DNA from: Diplonema japonicum
Taxonomy: Eukaryota; Protista; Euglenozoa: Diplonemea
Direction of reading: 5' to 3'
DNA: 64,000 nt
NCBI GenBank assembly: GCA_964019335.1
Contig: OZ025722.1
Location: 62,001 to 126,000 of the forward strand
In this document: piece by piece, positions 1-11,100 of the stretch
How positions within the stretch are numbered: the first letter of the stretch is position 1
Layout: each line of letters starts with the position of its first letter
Position numbers and translations under genes: made by a program
The notes under the pieces: model-generated
Told to the model about the DNA's origin: nothing
Databases searched by the model: none
Seen by the model: only the letters and a program-made list of their open reading frames with translations

Positions 1-2
1 CC

Positions 3-1846
3 GACCGTGCAAAACGTATCAAAAACAAACCACGGGTGCAGATGGACCCGAAGGACGCCCTTATCCAACAGCTGCGTGACGAGGTGTCCACTTTGAAGGC
101 ACGATGTGGTGGGAAGCTTGATGAGTCCGAAGACGACGCCGTGCGACTCGAGGAGATGCAGGTGGAGGTCTGCAACCTGAAGGAAGAGATCTCCATCCTG
201 CAGTCCGACATGGGCAAGACAGAGGCGCGCCTTAAGGCCGCCACAGAAGACGCAGAGGCACAACACGTTGTTGTCACGCAGCTCACAGAGGAGCTGAAAC
301 TGAACAAGGAGACAAGCGACGACAGCACCGTGCAGCTGGTGGCGATGTCCTCGTGTGTGTACAAGTTCATGGCTGGTGTGCTGCCCTCCGCAGTGCTGAA
401 GGAGTGGAAGGCCCACCTTAAAGGCGTTGACTTCCTTTCCGAGGCCATCCCCACGCAGGCACTGGAGAACGGGCTTGCTAAGGTGACGAAGTTCCTGGGC
501 AACCCGCACGCAGAGGCAAACAGATGCGACTCTCCAAATGGGAACTACGGCCCGCACACGCCCTCTGTGGGGCTCTCGTCGCCTTTATCGAGCGACGAGC
601 ATGAGGAGACTCGCAAGAGACGGTCGTCCTCGAAGAAGAGGAAGAAGAAGAAGAGCAGCACACCCATCTCGCCGCCAGACATGGCGGGCGAGTCCAGCCA
701 CGAACTCCCTGCATCTCTCACACCTGATCAACAATCAGCTGTGGAGGCAGTCATCCAGAACCTCACCCTGGCCTTTGACAAAGAGCGCAAGAAGCTAACA
801 AAGCAAACCAAAACGTCCGATTCATCGGCAGACTGCGCACGGAATAGAGGCGATCTGATAAGCAAGTTCATGGCGGTGGAGGAGAAATTGGAAGCAGCGC
901 TTGTGGAAAAGGACGGGACACTGGAGGAGTTAACGAAGAGCAGGGTGATGCTGGAAAAGGTGAAGAAACAAGTGAGCGTGAAGACGCAGCTGGCGGATGA
1001 CCTGAAGAGGGAGACGAGCCGGTTGATGGGGTGCCTGAAGGAAGCAGAGGAAATGGGGAAGAGATCGGTAGAGGAAGCACAGAACAAGCTGATTGCGGAG
1101 AACAACAGACGGCACGAACAGTTGTTGAACCTGCACCAGCAAGAGCTGATGAAGGTGAGGAAGCAGGGCACTGACTCAAAGAAGAAAATCAAGAAGATTA
1201 AAGACGCCAACGGGGAGCTGGAACAGCTGTATGACCAGAAAGTGGTAGAGTACAACCAGCTCATGCGCGACTTCGAAGGGCTAAAAATTCAAAGCATGAA
1301 GAACCTACGGGAACGTGAGGACTCGAAGGATGAGCGACTGTGGCCGGTGAATCAAAACACTATCAAACTGACCTCCATAGCAAGCAACATCATGAAGGGC
1401 CTCAGCGTTGTCACTGCCGCTAACGGTGGAGGGGGACATGGAGGCGGTGAGGAAATCGGAGTCAGACCTGCCAAATCAGCACCTATGCTGGCTACGTACG
1501 GGAAATCTCCCGAGGTCCGAGAAAAAAAAAAAAAAAAAAAAAAAAAAGGAAAACTCAAAACTACAGGTACAAGCGGCGGAAGATGCTCTTCGTCGGCCTA
1601 TGTCAGGGGTAGACACGGCACCTCCACACACCACTTCTATCACGTCATCGGCTCCCTTTGCAAAGCCGCCTCTTCCTGGTCTAGAGCCTTCGTCCCAAGA
1701 TACTCCCGGGGGGTGTGGTCCTGACAAGGTAAAAAGGAAGGAAGAAAAAAAAAAGAAAAAACTGACCACAGATCACGCCGATACCCCCTCAAACCTCGCG
1801 AAGTGGACTCGGTATAGCCGTGCCGGGGAGAAAATATGTGGATTGA
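3..1846 (+). CDS. Kinesin, C-terminal part (end of motor/neck, coiled-coil stalk, tail); 5'-partial; exons <3-1514, 1567-1728, 1772-1846
   Basis: Frame 3 from the window start reads DRAKRIKNKPRVQMDPKDALIQQLRDEV, resembling the kinesin motor end/neck (RAKxIKNKPxVNxDPKDALL of kinesin-2). Coiled coil follows. Removing two GT-AG introns gives ...GKSPE|VQAAEDALRR...GPDK|ITPIPPQ...KYVD-TGA. Confidence 0.8.
1515..1566 (+). other. 52-nt GT-AG intron with poly(A) tract
   Basis: GAG|GTCCGAG-poly(A)-GGAAAACTCAAAACTACAG|GTA; phase 0; removes the poly-Lys run and joins an open downstream frame. Confidence 0.75.
1729..1771 (+). other. 43-nt GT-AG intron, purine-rich
   Basis: AAG|GTAAAAAGG...AAAAACTGACCACAG|ATC; branch-like CTGAC next to the 3' AG. 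Confidence 0.75.
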
Positions 1847-2099
1847 ATGTTTCCCCCCCCCCCCCCCCCCCCCCCTCCGTTGCATTTTTCTTATTTTTTT
1901 CCCCCCTCATTTTTTCTTTTTTTTTATGTTGAGTTCAGTCTTTCTTATTCTTGTTTTTTTTTTTTTTTTTTCTTCTTTTTTTTTTTTTTTTTTCCTTTCA
2001 ATATATGTCATAATATGGATTTCTTGTATAAAAAAAGAAAGGGGAGAGGAGTGGGGTGGGGGGGGGAACAAGTAGAACATCGAAAAGGCGGCGGTAGGG

Positions 2100-2136
<37 letters not shown>

Positions 2137-2727
2137 GAGAACTTTATGCTGCCTAGACCGACACCCCCTCCTCCGACGCCTTTCAACTGCACACTTAGTA
2201 AGCGCCGCTTTGTGCAGTTTAGTGGGAACAGTAGTTAGGTTGCAATCAACTTATTTCCTTTTTTTTTCTTTTTTTTTTTCTGTGTGCGAAGACTAAGGAG
2301 AAGGGGAAAAAAAAATTCTTTTTTTTTCCTGTTTTCATTTTTTTTTACGCCCCCCCCTCGTTTCCCTGCACTCACACCATGCTTTGTGTTTGTTGCTTTA
2401 TGCTGTGGCCGTGTTCACATGTATTGGAAAATTTGTCACTTAATCAACACAAAAAAAAAAGAAAAAAAAAAAAAAAAAAAAAAAGGTCCTACAATCTTAA
2501 GCACAATGGAAGCCATAACGCTTTTGGAGGGCTTTTTATATCCCCCCAAACGTATTAAAAGGAAAGCATAGAAGGAGGAAACAAGAAGGGAAAAAAAAAA
2601 AAAAAAAAAAATACTCTCTAGAAACAAAATGAAACCCTTAACACCCACCCCTCATGTCTTTCATACCAGGTGTCTAAAATGTCTTAACTGTTGCTGACTA
2701 GTGGCAACTCTGGTCCTGCTGGTAACT

Positions 2728-2799
2728 GAGTGACTCAAAAGACTAAAGGGCGGTTAAGAAGAAGAAGAAAAAACGACTTACTTGTTGTTAAATGAGCCA
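2728..2799 (-). repeat. Degenerate inverted relic of the element at 47677-48243
   Basis: GAGTGACTCAAA...AAAACGACTTACTTG..AAATGAGCCA matches the reverse complement of ~47768-47825. Confidence 0.55.
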
Positions 2800-3150
2800 G
2801 TTTTTTTTTCTTTTTTTTTTCCAGGGTGCCACTGGCTTCCTTTATCTCTTATATATTCCCCCGGGGGGGAACCCCCGAGTTGAAAAAAAAAAAGAATTGT
2901 TTTTTTTTTATAGGCACGTGCGAGCAGTTGATTCACAGTTCTCGTACCCTCATCCCCCCCTCATTTTTTTATACCGTAAAAATGAAAAGTGCCGGAAAAT
3001 GCCAGATCCTGTGTGGGGTCCTCTAAGAAGAATTCCCTCCCCGGACAGAATAATCTGGCCTGACAAATTCCCAGGCCAGTACTTTTTCATTTTGCAGCAT
3101 ATTGGCAAAATAAATAGAGAAGAATAAAAGAAGAGGGGGGGGGGGGGGGG

Positions 3151-3386
3151 GGGGGTCATAAGGGGGTCGTTATTTGCCCTTTTTCAGGCTCTTCGCCAAG
3201 GGCATTTTGGGCCCTTAAAAAAACTGTAACCACCCCAAAAGTGCCCACAAATCACCCAAACCCCCGTTTCCCGATGGTTTCCGGCCCCAGAAGTGCCCAG
3301 AATCATGTTCTAATTTTGGGGCCCCCGTTTGGTATTTTCCCTATGTAATCCTAGGGGCCCCTATTTTATGTTCAGCATGGCCCTAG
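3151..3386 (+). repeat. ~235-bp dispersed repeat (non-autonomous element); two further copies form the palindrome at 34605-34986
   Basis: Near-identical to 34605-34803 and to the reverse complement of 34804-35010 (two substitutions seen in the shared core). Ends in CAGCATGGCCCTA, related to the MITE terminus at 35011. Flanked by G runs. Confidence 0.85.
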
Positions 3387-4234
3387 GGGGGGGGGGGGGG
3401 GGGGGGGGCTAGAGCTTTTTACCATTTTCATTCCTATTTCTGCCCTTACCATTTTTTATTCCCCCCCCCTGCTGACACAACCATAATTGAGTGATTAATA
3501 ACCAAAAAAAAAGAAGAAGAGCAGCCGTGTAAGGAAGGGAGGAATCCCCCCCCCCTTTTTTTTGTCCCTTGTGCGAATGGAGTAGGAGAAGAAGAAAAAC
3601 CTTTTTAAAAAAAAAAGGAAAAAAAAAAAAGAAGACATCCCGTTCCTTTGAAGACGTGGTCCCTTGTTGAAGCTTGTACAGCCCTCAAGGGAGGGACCCG
3701 ATGGAAAAAAAAAATCTTTTTTAACAACCAAGTTATCAATGTCAAGCCACAGTCATCTGTCAGTGGCTGTAAGCTTTAAGCTTTCAAACTTGTCTTTTTT
3801 TTTGTTTCTCTCTTTCCCCCCTCCTTTCCCCCCCACCCCTGCTGATATAGCCAGAGTATCATTTCTGAAAAAGGAGAAAAAAAAAGATGGACACGAAAAA
3901 AAAAAAAGGTCGAAAAAAAAAAAAAAAGGCCTCCCCCCTTTCCCCCTTTTACCGGATGGTTTCCCTCTACACATTTTTTGGTGGATCATTTTTTTCTCTC
4001 TCTCTCCCCTCGGACATCCCGTCCCCAAACTCTGTCTATAAGTGCGCAAAAGGGCAATGAATAGAAGAAAAAAAAAAAAAAAAATGCCCCACCATATTAT
4101 TCTGTTTTCTTCTTCTTTCTTTTTTATTCACTTACTGTTCCCTCCAAACAAAAGTATTCTCAAACACTCTTGTTTTTCTCTCTTTTTTTTTCCCCCCCTC
4201 TACCCGAAGAAACCAAGGGAAGAAGAAGAAAAAA

Positions 4235-5407
4235 ATGAAAACCGTTCTCGGGATGCTGCTTGCCGTCACTGCCGTGCAGGCCCAGTGGGTGGACCTGTTC
4301 GCCCCTCCTTTCTCGGGTACACCGCTTGAGCTGATGTTCGGGATTTCGTGCCCCGCTGTGGGGGAGTGTTTTGTGGCCGGTGGGAACTCAAACACAGGGT
4401 TTGGGATGTACAAGTCAAACGACCCCAAAATCCAGACCCTCACAAAAGTCCCCATTACATCCCCCGAGCCAGTACTGATGCTGTTCGGGGTGGCCATGCA
4501 GGACACGACCCACGGTGTGTGCGGTGGCCTCGAGATCGGGATCGGCGGGACCTACTACACAATGAACGGTAAGTGGTTCAACGAGTCCCTTGAGGTGGGT
4601 GTTGTGACCACGCAGGCCCTCTACAACCTCGGCGGCCACAAGTACGCCTACGTCGGCACCGACAACGCAGCCATGGGTCCCGCCGTGTCCAAGAATGGCG
4701 GTTTGACCTTCAAGGGCCACTGGTGGCCTAAGAACTTCGCCCCCAACGCGCCCGCCAGGTACGGTGCCTTCCCCTCCGACACCACGTGGTACGTGACTGG
4801 TGGGATGTGGCCTTCCAACAACACAGACCCCAACACCCGTGAGGTCACATCGAAGCTGACGCTCAACAAGAAAACCGGGAAGCTAACAAGGTTGTCCAGA
4901 ACCGAACCCATCACGGGGCCTGTCAATGGCTATGGCGCCCTCATCGCCAAGACCACCGACGGCGGGGCCACGTGGACTGCTCAGTACAACAGCACAGGTG
5001 AGTTCTACTTCAACGGCATCGACTGTGCGTCTGAGAATGTCTGCGTTGCGGTGGCGGAGGGCTTCGCGCAGGACGGCGCCACGGTGCCCGGTGTGTCCGT
5101 GTTCATGACCACTGACGGTGCGAAGTGGGACAAGGTGTACAGCTACGGCACCTCCAGCGGGGGTTCCTCCATGTCTGTGAAGATGGTCAGCACCACTGAA
5201 GCCTGGGTCGCCGCCACTTCTGGCACCGGCCTCAAGGCGACAGGACACTTCCTCCACACCACCGACGGTGGGAAGACCTGGACCGAGGGTGCCGGGCTCC
5301 CTTTCGTGGGTGACGTCATGGAGATGTCCTTTGTGAACGCCACCACTGCCTACGCTGCCGCCGTTACTGCGGAGGAGGTCTCCACCATCCTTGCACTTGG
5401 CATCTAA
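4235..5407 (+). CDS. Secreted BNR/Asp-box repeat beta-propeller protein (Ycf48/sortilin-like fold), 390 aa
   Basis: Signal peptide MKTVLGMLLAVTAVQA; Asp-box motifs SKNGGLTF, KTTDGGATW, TTDGAKW, HTTDGGKTW; strong GC3 codon bias. Confidence 0.8.
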   Translation: MKTVLGMLLAVTAVQAQWVDLFAPPFSGTPLELMFGISCPAVGECFVAGGNSNTGFGMYKSNDPKIQTLTKVPITSPEPVLMLFGVAMQDTTHGVCGGLEIGIGGTYYTMNGKWFNESLEVGVVTTQALYNLGGHKYAYVGTDNAAMGPAVSKNGGLTFKGHWWPKNFAPNAPARYGAFPSDTTWYVTGGMWPSNNTDPNTREVTSKLTLNKKTGKLTRLSRTEPITGPVNGYGALIAKTTDGGATWTAQYNSTGEFYFNGIDCASENVCVAVAEGFAQDGATVPGVSVFMTTDGAKWDKVYSYGTSSGGSSMSVKMVSTTEAWVAATSGTGLKATGHFLHTTDGGKTWTEGAGLPFVGDVMEMSFVNATTAYAAAVTAEEVSTILALGI

Positions 5408-5615
5408 GCCTGACGTTTGACCTTCTTTGATTTATGACATTCTTTATTGACCTTCCCCCTCACCCCGTGTCGTCTCTTTTTTGTGTGGCATCTCACCCTA
5501 CATGATGCTGTGGCATCGTTCGCACCGAACAGTGTTTCTTTCCCTTCTTTTCTCTTGTAATCTTTGTTTTTATACTCTTTGTCCCCCTGCACCGCCCCAA
5601 GCACCTCACCAGACA

Positions 5616-8021
5616 ATGGCAATGGACGACGACCCCTATGAGGCCTTCATGCGGTCAATCAACAAGATTGAAGAGAAGAAAGAGACGGTGGTGATGCAGC
5701 ACGGCGACGAGTTACGGGAGGTGGATGGGGTGGATGCGTACATCGCGCAGCAGGCGAAGGGGAAGAAGGCGGAGGTGAGCATGGCGGTGGCTGAGAGACG
5801 GTGGCAAGACGCTGCTGCAGTTGAGAAGGGCAACGTCATGCGGGAAGTGCAAGAACTGGAAAAACCGTGGGAGCAGGAAGGATCCACGTGGGCCACAGTT
5901 CTGTCGGGGATCGCACCCGCAGGTATCGTGGAGAAGGTGCAGGACGCAGTTGCGGAAGAGAACATGTCCACTCCGTTCAAGACAGTCTCCTTCGTGGTTC
6001 CACGGGTCGTGACTGGTAGCTCCTTAGTTATGGTAGCCCCCAAGGGTGCTGGGAAGAGCACCTGCAGTGCTGTGTGCGCTGTCATCCATGCTGCCGAGCG
6101 ACGTGTGAAAGGGCCTCGCATGCCCACCGTGGTTGCCGTCAGCCCAAGCCGCGAGGGTGCCAACAACCTGTTCATGACGCTGCTCTCTCTTTGTAACAAA
6201 CTCGGGCTCACCCTTGTCACTTTCCACAGTGGATGTGACAGGGAGGAGCAGTATCGGCTGGCCAAAAAGGGCTTTGATATTGCAGTGGGCACCCCTGGGG
6301 GTCTCCTAGCCGTCTCGACGGGCAAGAGCCCAGCTTTCACCTTCACGAACACGTCCCTCCTTGTAGTCGATGATGCGGGCGCTGCGTTTGCGAAGTCCTT
6401 CGAGACGCAGATGGACCAGCTTGCAGACCAGTGCGCGCGGAAGGACAAGAGGCTCTTTTACAACACCTCTTGGTACAGCCCACGGCTCGACCATGCCCTG
6501 AAAGCGATGGTAGGCAGCTATGGGGGCTCTGCGCACGTTATTGAATTCAAGGAAAAGGGCACGTCTGCACCCCCCTCACGGCGGCAGGCCCGTTCCTCTG
6601 GGGCACCCCCGAAAGCTTTCGCTCCACCAGCACCCTCGCCAGTACCCGTTGCACCACCTCGTACTAAAGCCACTGTCACACTCCCACAAAACGCGCCCGA
6701 ACCACCTGCGCCTTCGAAGAGTATTTTTGGGAACAGAAAACCGTGGGAGCCACCAGTTGCTGCGACCCCTGCCACCCCTGCTGCCCTCACTGGCCCCGTT
6801 CCGCCTGCCGTCGACCCTCACACAGCGTTTATTACTATGAACCCGGAGCCAGGTCCCAAGTTGCCCTCCGTCACCGCAGCCATTGCTAAGCACCTCGCAC
6901 AGCTGAACTCACGCAAGAAAAACGAAGATGACAGTAGCAGTGGCAAAGGCAGAGAGAACCCAGACGGGGCCGGAAGGGGAACAGGCTGGGAAAGAAGCAG
7001 GGACAGAGACAACAGTCGGGGAAAGGACAGGGACAGAAGTCGTGAATGGGGCAGTGACAGAAAAAAAGATAGGAAAATCAGAAGCAGCAGCAGCAGCAGC
7101 AGCGAGAGAAGCAAAAGCAAAAAGAAAAAAACAAAAGACACCACCAGAGAACGGAGTAGAAGTAACGACAGGAAACGTGGTCGCCGGGACAGAAGTAGGA
7201 GCAGGAGCCGCGATAAGAGTCGAGACAAGAAAAAAGATGGAAGAGGCAGAGACAGGAGCAGGGAAAGGAGTAGAGACAGGAGCAGAGATCGTGACAGGAA
7301 GAACGACAAAAACAAACCACGAAAGGTACGAGACAGAAGTGAGGATAGCGAACGGAGGGACAGGACTCATAGGAAAAAAGACAATGAGAGAAACCAAGAG
7401 AGAAGCAATAATAGAGACGGAAGCAAAGACAGGGACAGAGATAGAGATAGAGAGAAGGACAAAAAACGAGGTCGGGATCGAAGTAGGAGCAGAGACAGGG
7501 ATACAGGATCGGCAGAAAAGAGCAAGAGAAATCGAGACAAGAGTAGGAGTAGAAGCAGGAGCAGGGATAAAAAGCGAAGCAGGGAAAGAAGCCGTGACAG
7601 AGAGAAAACCAGGAACAGGGAAAGAAATAGAGATAGGAGCAGGAGTAGAGATAAAAAGCATGACAAGGAGAAAAGCCGTGATAGAGACGGGAGCAGAAAC
7701 CGAGAAAGAAGAGACAGAGAAAGAAGTAGAGGCAGGGAAAGAAGCAGGGTTAAAGATAAAAGGGGTAGGGAGAGAAGCCGCGAGAATAGGAGCAGAAGTA
7801 GAAGTAGGAGCAGAGATAACAAAAGGGACAGAAGCAGGAGCAGGAGCAGGAGCAGGGATGAAACGCGAAGCAAAGACAGGTGCGACGCAAGGAACCGCAA
7901 AAGACAGGCGTCAAGCGAAAAGAGGAAAAGGCGGCCAAGTAGCAGCACGGAAACGAAGGAGAAGAAGAGACGACGAAGCACTACCGACAGCAGCTCAAAA
8001 AGCAAACGAAGGAGGCGTTAG
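5616..8021 (+). CDS. Degenerate DEAD-box RecA1 domain + Pro-rich linker + long RS/RD domain (DDX42/Prp5-like pseudo-helicase)
   Basis: Likely ATG at 5616 after a pyrimidine tract. Motifs APKGAGKS (I), SPSREGA (Ia), GTPGGL (Ib), LVVDDAG (II). N-terminal DDDPYEAFM. About 300 aa of RS/RD dipeptides at the C-terminus. Confidence 0.75.
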   Translation: MAMDDDPYEAFMRSINKIEEKKETVVMQHGDELREVDGVDAYIAQQAKGKKAEVSMAVAERRWQDAAAVEKGNVMREVQELEKPWEQEGSTWATVLSGIAPAGIVEKVQDAVAEENMSTPFKTVSFVVPRVVTGSSLVMVAPKGAGKSTCSAVCAVIHAAERRVKGPRMPTVVAVSPSREGANNLFMTLLSLCNKLGLTLVTFHSGCDREEQYRLAKKGFDIAVGTPGGLLAVSTGKSPAFTFTNTSLLVVDDAGAAFAKSFETQMDQLADQCARKDKRLFYNTSWYSPRLDHALKAMVGSYGGSAHVIEFKEKGTSAPPSRRQARSSGAPPKAFAPPAPSPVPVAPPRTKATVTLPQNAPEPPAPSKSIFGNRKPWEPPVAATPATPAALTGPVPPAVDPHTAFITMNPEPGPKLPSVTAAIAKHLAQLNSRKKNEDDSSSGKGRENPDGAGRGTGWERSRDRDNSRGKDRDRSREWGSDRKKDRKIRSSSSSSSERSKSKKKKTKDTTRERSRSNDRKRGRRDRSRSRSRDKSRDKKKDGRGRDRSRERSRDRSRDRDRKNDKNKPRKVRDRSEDSERRDRTHRKKDNERNQERSNNRDGSKDRDRDRDREKDKKRGRDRSRSRDRDTGSAEKSKRNRDKSRSRSRSRDKKRSRERSRDREKTRNRERNRDRSRSRDKKHDKEKSRDRDGSRNRERRDRERSRGRERSRVKDKRGRERSRENRSRSRSRSRDNKRDRSRSRSRSRDETRSKDRCDARNRKRQASSEKRKRRPSSSTETKEKKRRRSTTDSSSKSKRRRR

Positions 8022-8158
8022 GAATAAGTTCTCTTCCACCGCTCTCCTCTTTCCCTCCCCCAAATTTTAACAAACTGGGTTAACAGTGTTCCTGTTCAGT
8101 GTTCTCGTCTGAAATATTTTCTCTCTTTTCGTTTCTCAGCACCACATTACAGGAGAAG

Positions 8159-11100
8159 ATGCCTCTAGATGGTGGGGCGTTTAGAGCTCTGCCTGCATCG
8201 CTGGATCCAAGGCTGAGCAGTTCGAGTGTGGGGAGTGTTGACCATGGTAGAGTGTCTTTGGGGTCGCCGGTGTCGCCGCCATTGGCCAGCAGCAGCAAGG
8301 CACGGATGGCGTTGGAGAACTTGAGAAACTCGCTGGCACCAGTGCATGATGCGGCCAGTACGTTGCCGAGCAGGCCCTCGTACTCCGCAAGCAGTCGTGA
8401 CACGCATTCTTTGAACAGGTTGGATGCGCAGCTGGAGATAGAAGGCTTCGAAGTAGGCAGGCTGTCCCACCATGTCCTGGAGCTGAAGCAGTCACTAGAA
8501 CAAGCAGAGCAGTTGATCTCGGAGCAGAAGTACCAGTTAGCCGAAACAGAGGTTCAGAACGCGTCACTGGTCGAAAAAATTGACTCGCTCACAAGCGTGG
8601 TGCACCAGGTGAAGAGGGACACATACGAAGTGGAGAAGGCAAACCGGGACCTCACGAAGAACAACCACGAGCTGATCGAAGCAAACTCCCTCATCTCATC
8701 CGAGCTGATGAAGCTGACGGAAGAGACCAACGAGATCGAAAGCAAGCACGCCTCGGAGATGTGCACCATGGGCACCTCCCTGGAACACGTGCAAATGCTC
8801 AAGCAGGGCGAGGTGAAGCTTCTGCAAACAGAGCTCATAAAGTACGAGAATGCAAACCAGAGTCTGACGATGACGGTGCAGGGGCTCACGGACTGCTTCA
8901 CGGACAACAAAAGGCTCCAGGTGTCTTTGCAGGAGGCCCTTGAAACATGCAGTAGGTACGACGTGACTTGCGCCGAGGAGGCAGCCCGATCGTCCCTGAG
9001 CAGCCACCTGCTGCAGTCGGCACTGCTTAAGACACGCGCCGCACACATCAACACCACCACGCTTTCACAAATACACGCCATGAAGGCACTGCAGCGCCAC
9101 AATGCGCACAGGACGCTCGGCAAGTACTTCACGAGGCTTCTCTGCAACGTGGCGGCCAAGCGCTCTATTGAAAGCCACTCGATTGAGAGGACTCACCTCC
9201 TGGAGTCGACCCATTGGAACACTATGATCTCCAACTTGCATGACGACATGACACGTGCCAACGACGCTGCCGCCATCAACGAGTCCACTGCAACGCACGC
9301 ACAGAAGGAGCTTGACAGCGCCCTCACACGGCTTTCCATCGCGGAGCAGCAGTGCCGCGATCTGGAAAGCAACCTCGCACTCACTGCTTCATCTCAGGTT
9401 AGTGCATCGGCCTCCCTTCGTGCTGCTGAGTGCCGCTCAAAACAGCTCGAGACACACGTCACCGCACTCTCCGAGGACATAAGCACCGCTGAAGCTAAGA
9501 TCGCGGACCTTGAGCAGGCCCTTACTGTGTCGAGGTTAGAAGAGAGCAGACTGCGGAACACTAGTGCTTCTGTCGCTTCAGAGCTCCAAAGCAGCGAGAA
9601 CGGCGTGAAGGCACTTGCCGAGCGTGCAAAAAGAGGCGAAGAACGTGCACAGATAGCAGAAGGGAAGCTCACAGCTGCGGTATTCGAGCTGGAGGAGCTC
9701 AGAAGCAACACGACCACGTTGGAGGCACAGTGCGCGTGCGCGAAGAAAGAAAGCGGTGCTGCTTCCGAACGGGCAAAGAAAGCAGAAGAAAGAGCCAACA
9801 CGTCGGAGGGCAACCTTGTGTCTACAAAGATACGCCTCGAAAAGGCCGAGAGCCAGCTTTCGGAAGAGAAGGCGGTCAGTAACGCGGCCAAGGTGCGACT
9901 GGACGCATCAGTTCGTGACTGTGACGGGATGAGGAGAGAGAACGAGGTGTTGAGACGGCAGGTAGCAGAGGGGCAACATAAGACACAAAGGCTTGATGAT
10001 CAGCTGCAGGCAGCGCAGAAAGACCTGAGCGAGGCGAGGGACAAGCTTGACTCTGAAGAAGATAAACTTGTTTCTCTTAGGCGGCAGCACGAAGAGACGT
10101 CAAGGACCAGTGACAGATACCAGCACCAATTGGAAGATGCTAGTCAGGACATAGAAGAACTGCGCGAGCGCCTTCAGACAGCTGAAGACGAAGCTATCCA
10201 ACTTCGCAGGACAAACATGACGCTCCCTACACGGGAACAGATGTCCCTGGTGGAGGGTGAGCATAAGGAGGCTGCGTTGCGCTGCAGGGAGTTCGAGGAC
10301 TCCTCCCGCATGATGGAACGAGAGCTGCATGAGGCGAAAGCGTCTCTCAGAAGGGCCGCAGCAGAGAGAGACGCCTTGGACTCAAGGCTGCAGAACGAAA
10401 GAGAGCGACTCGAAAAGCAGCATGAAAGGATCGAGGCAGAGCTCACGGCAGCGATGCAATGTTTGCAGCAGGACGTCAGTCAGCTGAGGTTGGACCTGGA
10501 GAAGAGTGAGACTTCCGAAAGGGCTGCTAGAAATGAACTACAACGCGCGCGATCAGAACTTTCTTCAGAGCAGAAGGGACGGCAGGCCGAGGTGGAACAC
10601 CTTAAGGAGCTCGTGAATGAAGAAGCAGGGGCACGTGCAGAGAAGGATGCCACCCTAGCGACATTACAAGCGAATCTCAGCAAGTTGCAAGCCAACACTG
10701 TTAGCACAGAAGAAGTGTCTGCAAGAATGCTGGAGATCGAAATAGCAAGGAAAGAAGAAGTAACGTCTCAGCTGAGACATCAGTACACACTGGAGCAGCA
10801 GCTTACAGAGGAGTTGGGGGAGAAGCTGAGAGACAAGGAGAGATGGATTGCAAACCACACGGCAATGGAACACAAGCTGTGCGAGGTGCTGAACAGCAAC
10901 TCATCTGAATCCATCCATCAGGGCTGCGAAGCGATCTCCTTCCACATTCTTGTACAGCAAGTGGAGAAAACATGTGACGAGCTGCTGACAGCAAATGCCG
11001 AACGAAAGAACCTCACAGAGAGTGTGAAGTCCCTGACACAGAAACTCAAAGAGCAGAAGCAGTTGCGACAGGACGCTGCGACCGAGGCAGCACACCACCA

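Noticed and set aside
1836-4329. Many short ORFs rich in poly-Phe/Lys/Pro/Gly here and in other intergenic regions
   Set aside because: Translations of homopolymer runs, with no coding signal
6818-8070. Long antisense and alternative-frame ORFs over the RS domain
   Set aside because: By-products of low-complexity purine-rich RS codons that lack stops in other frames
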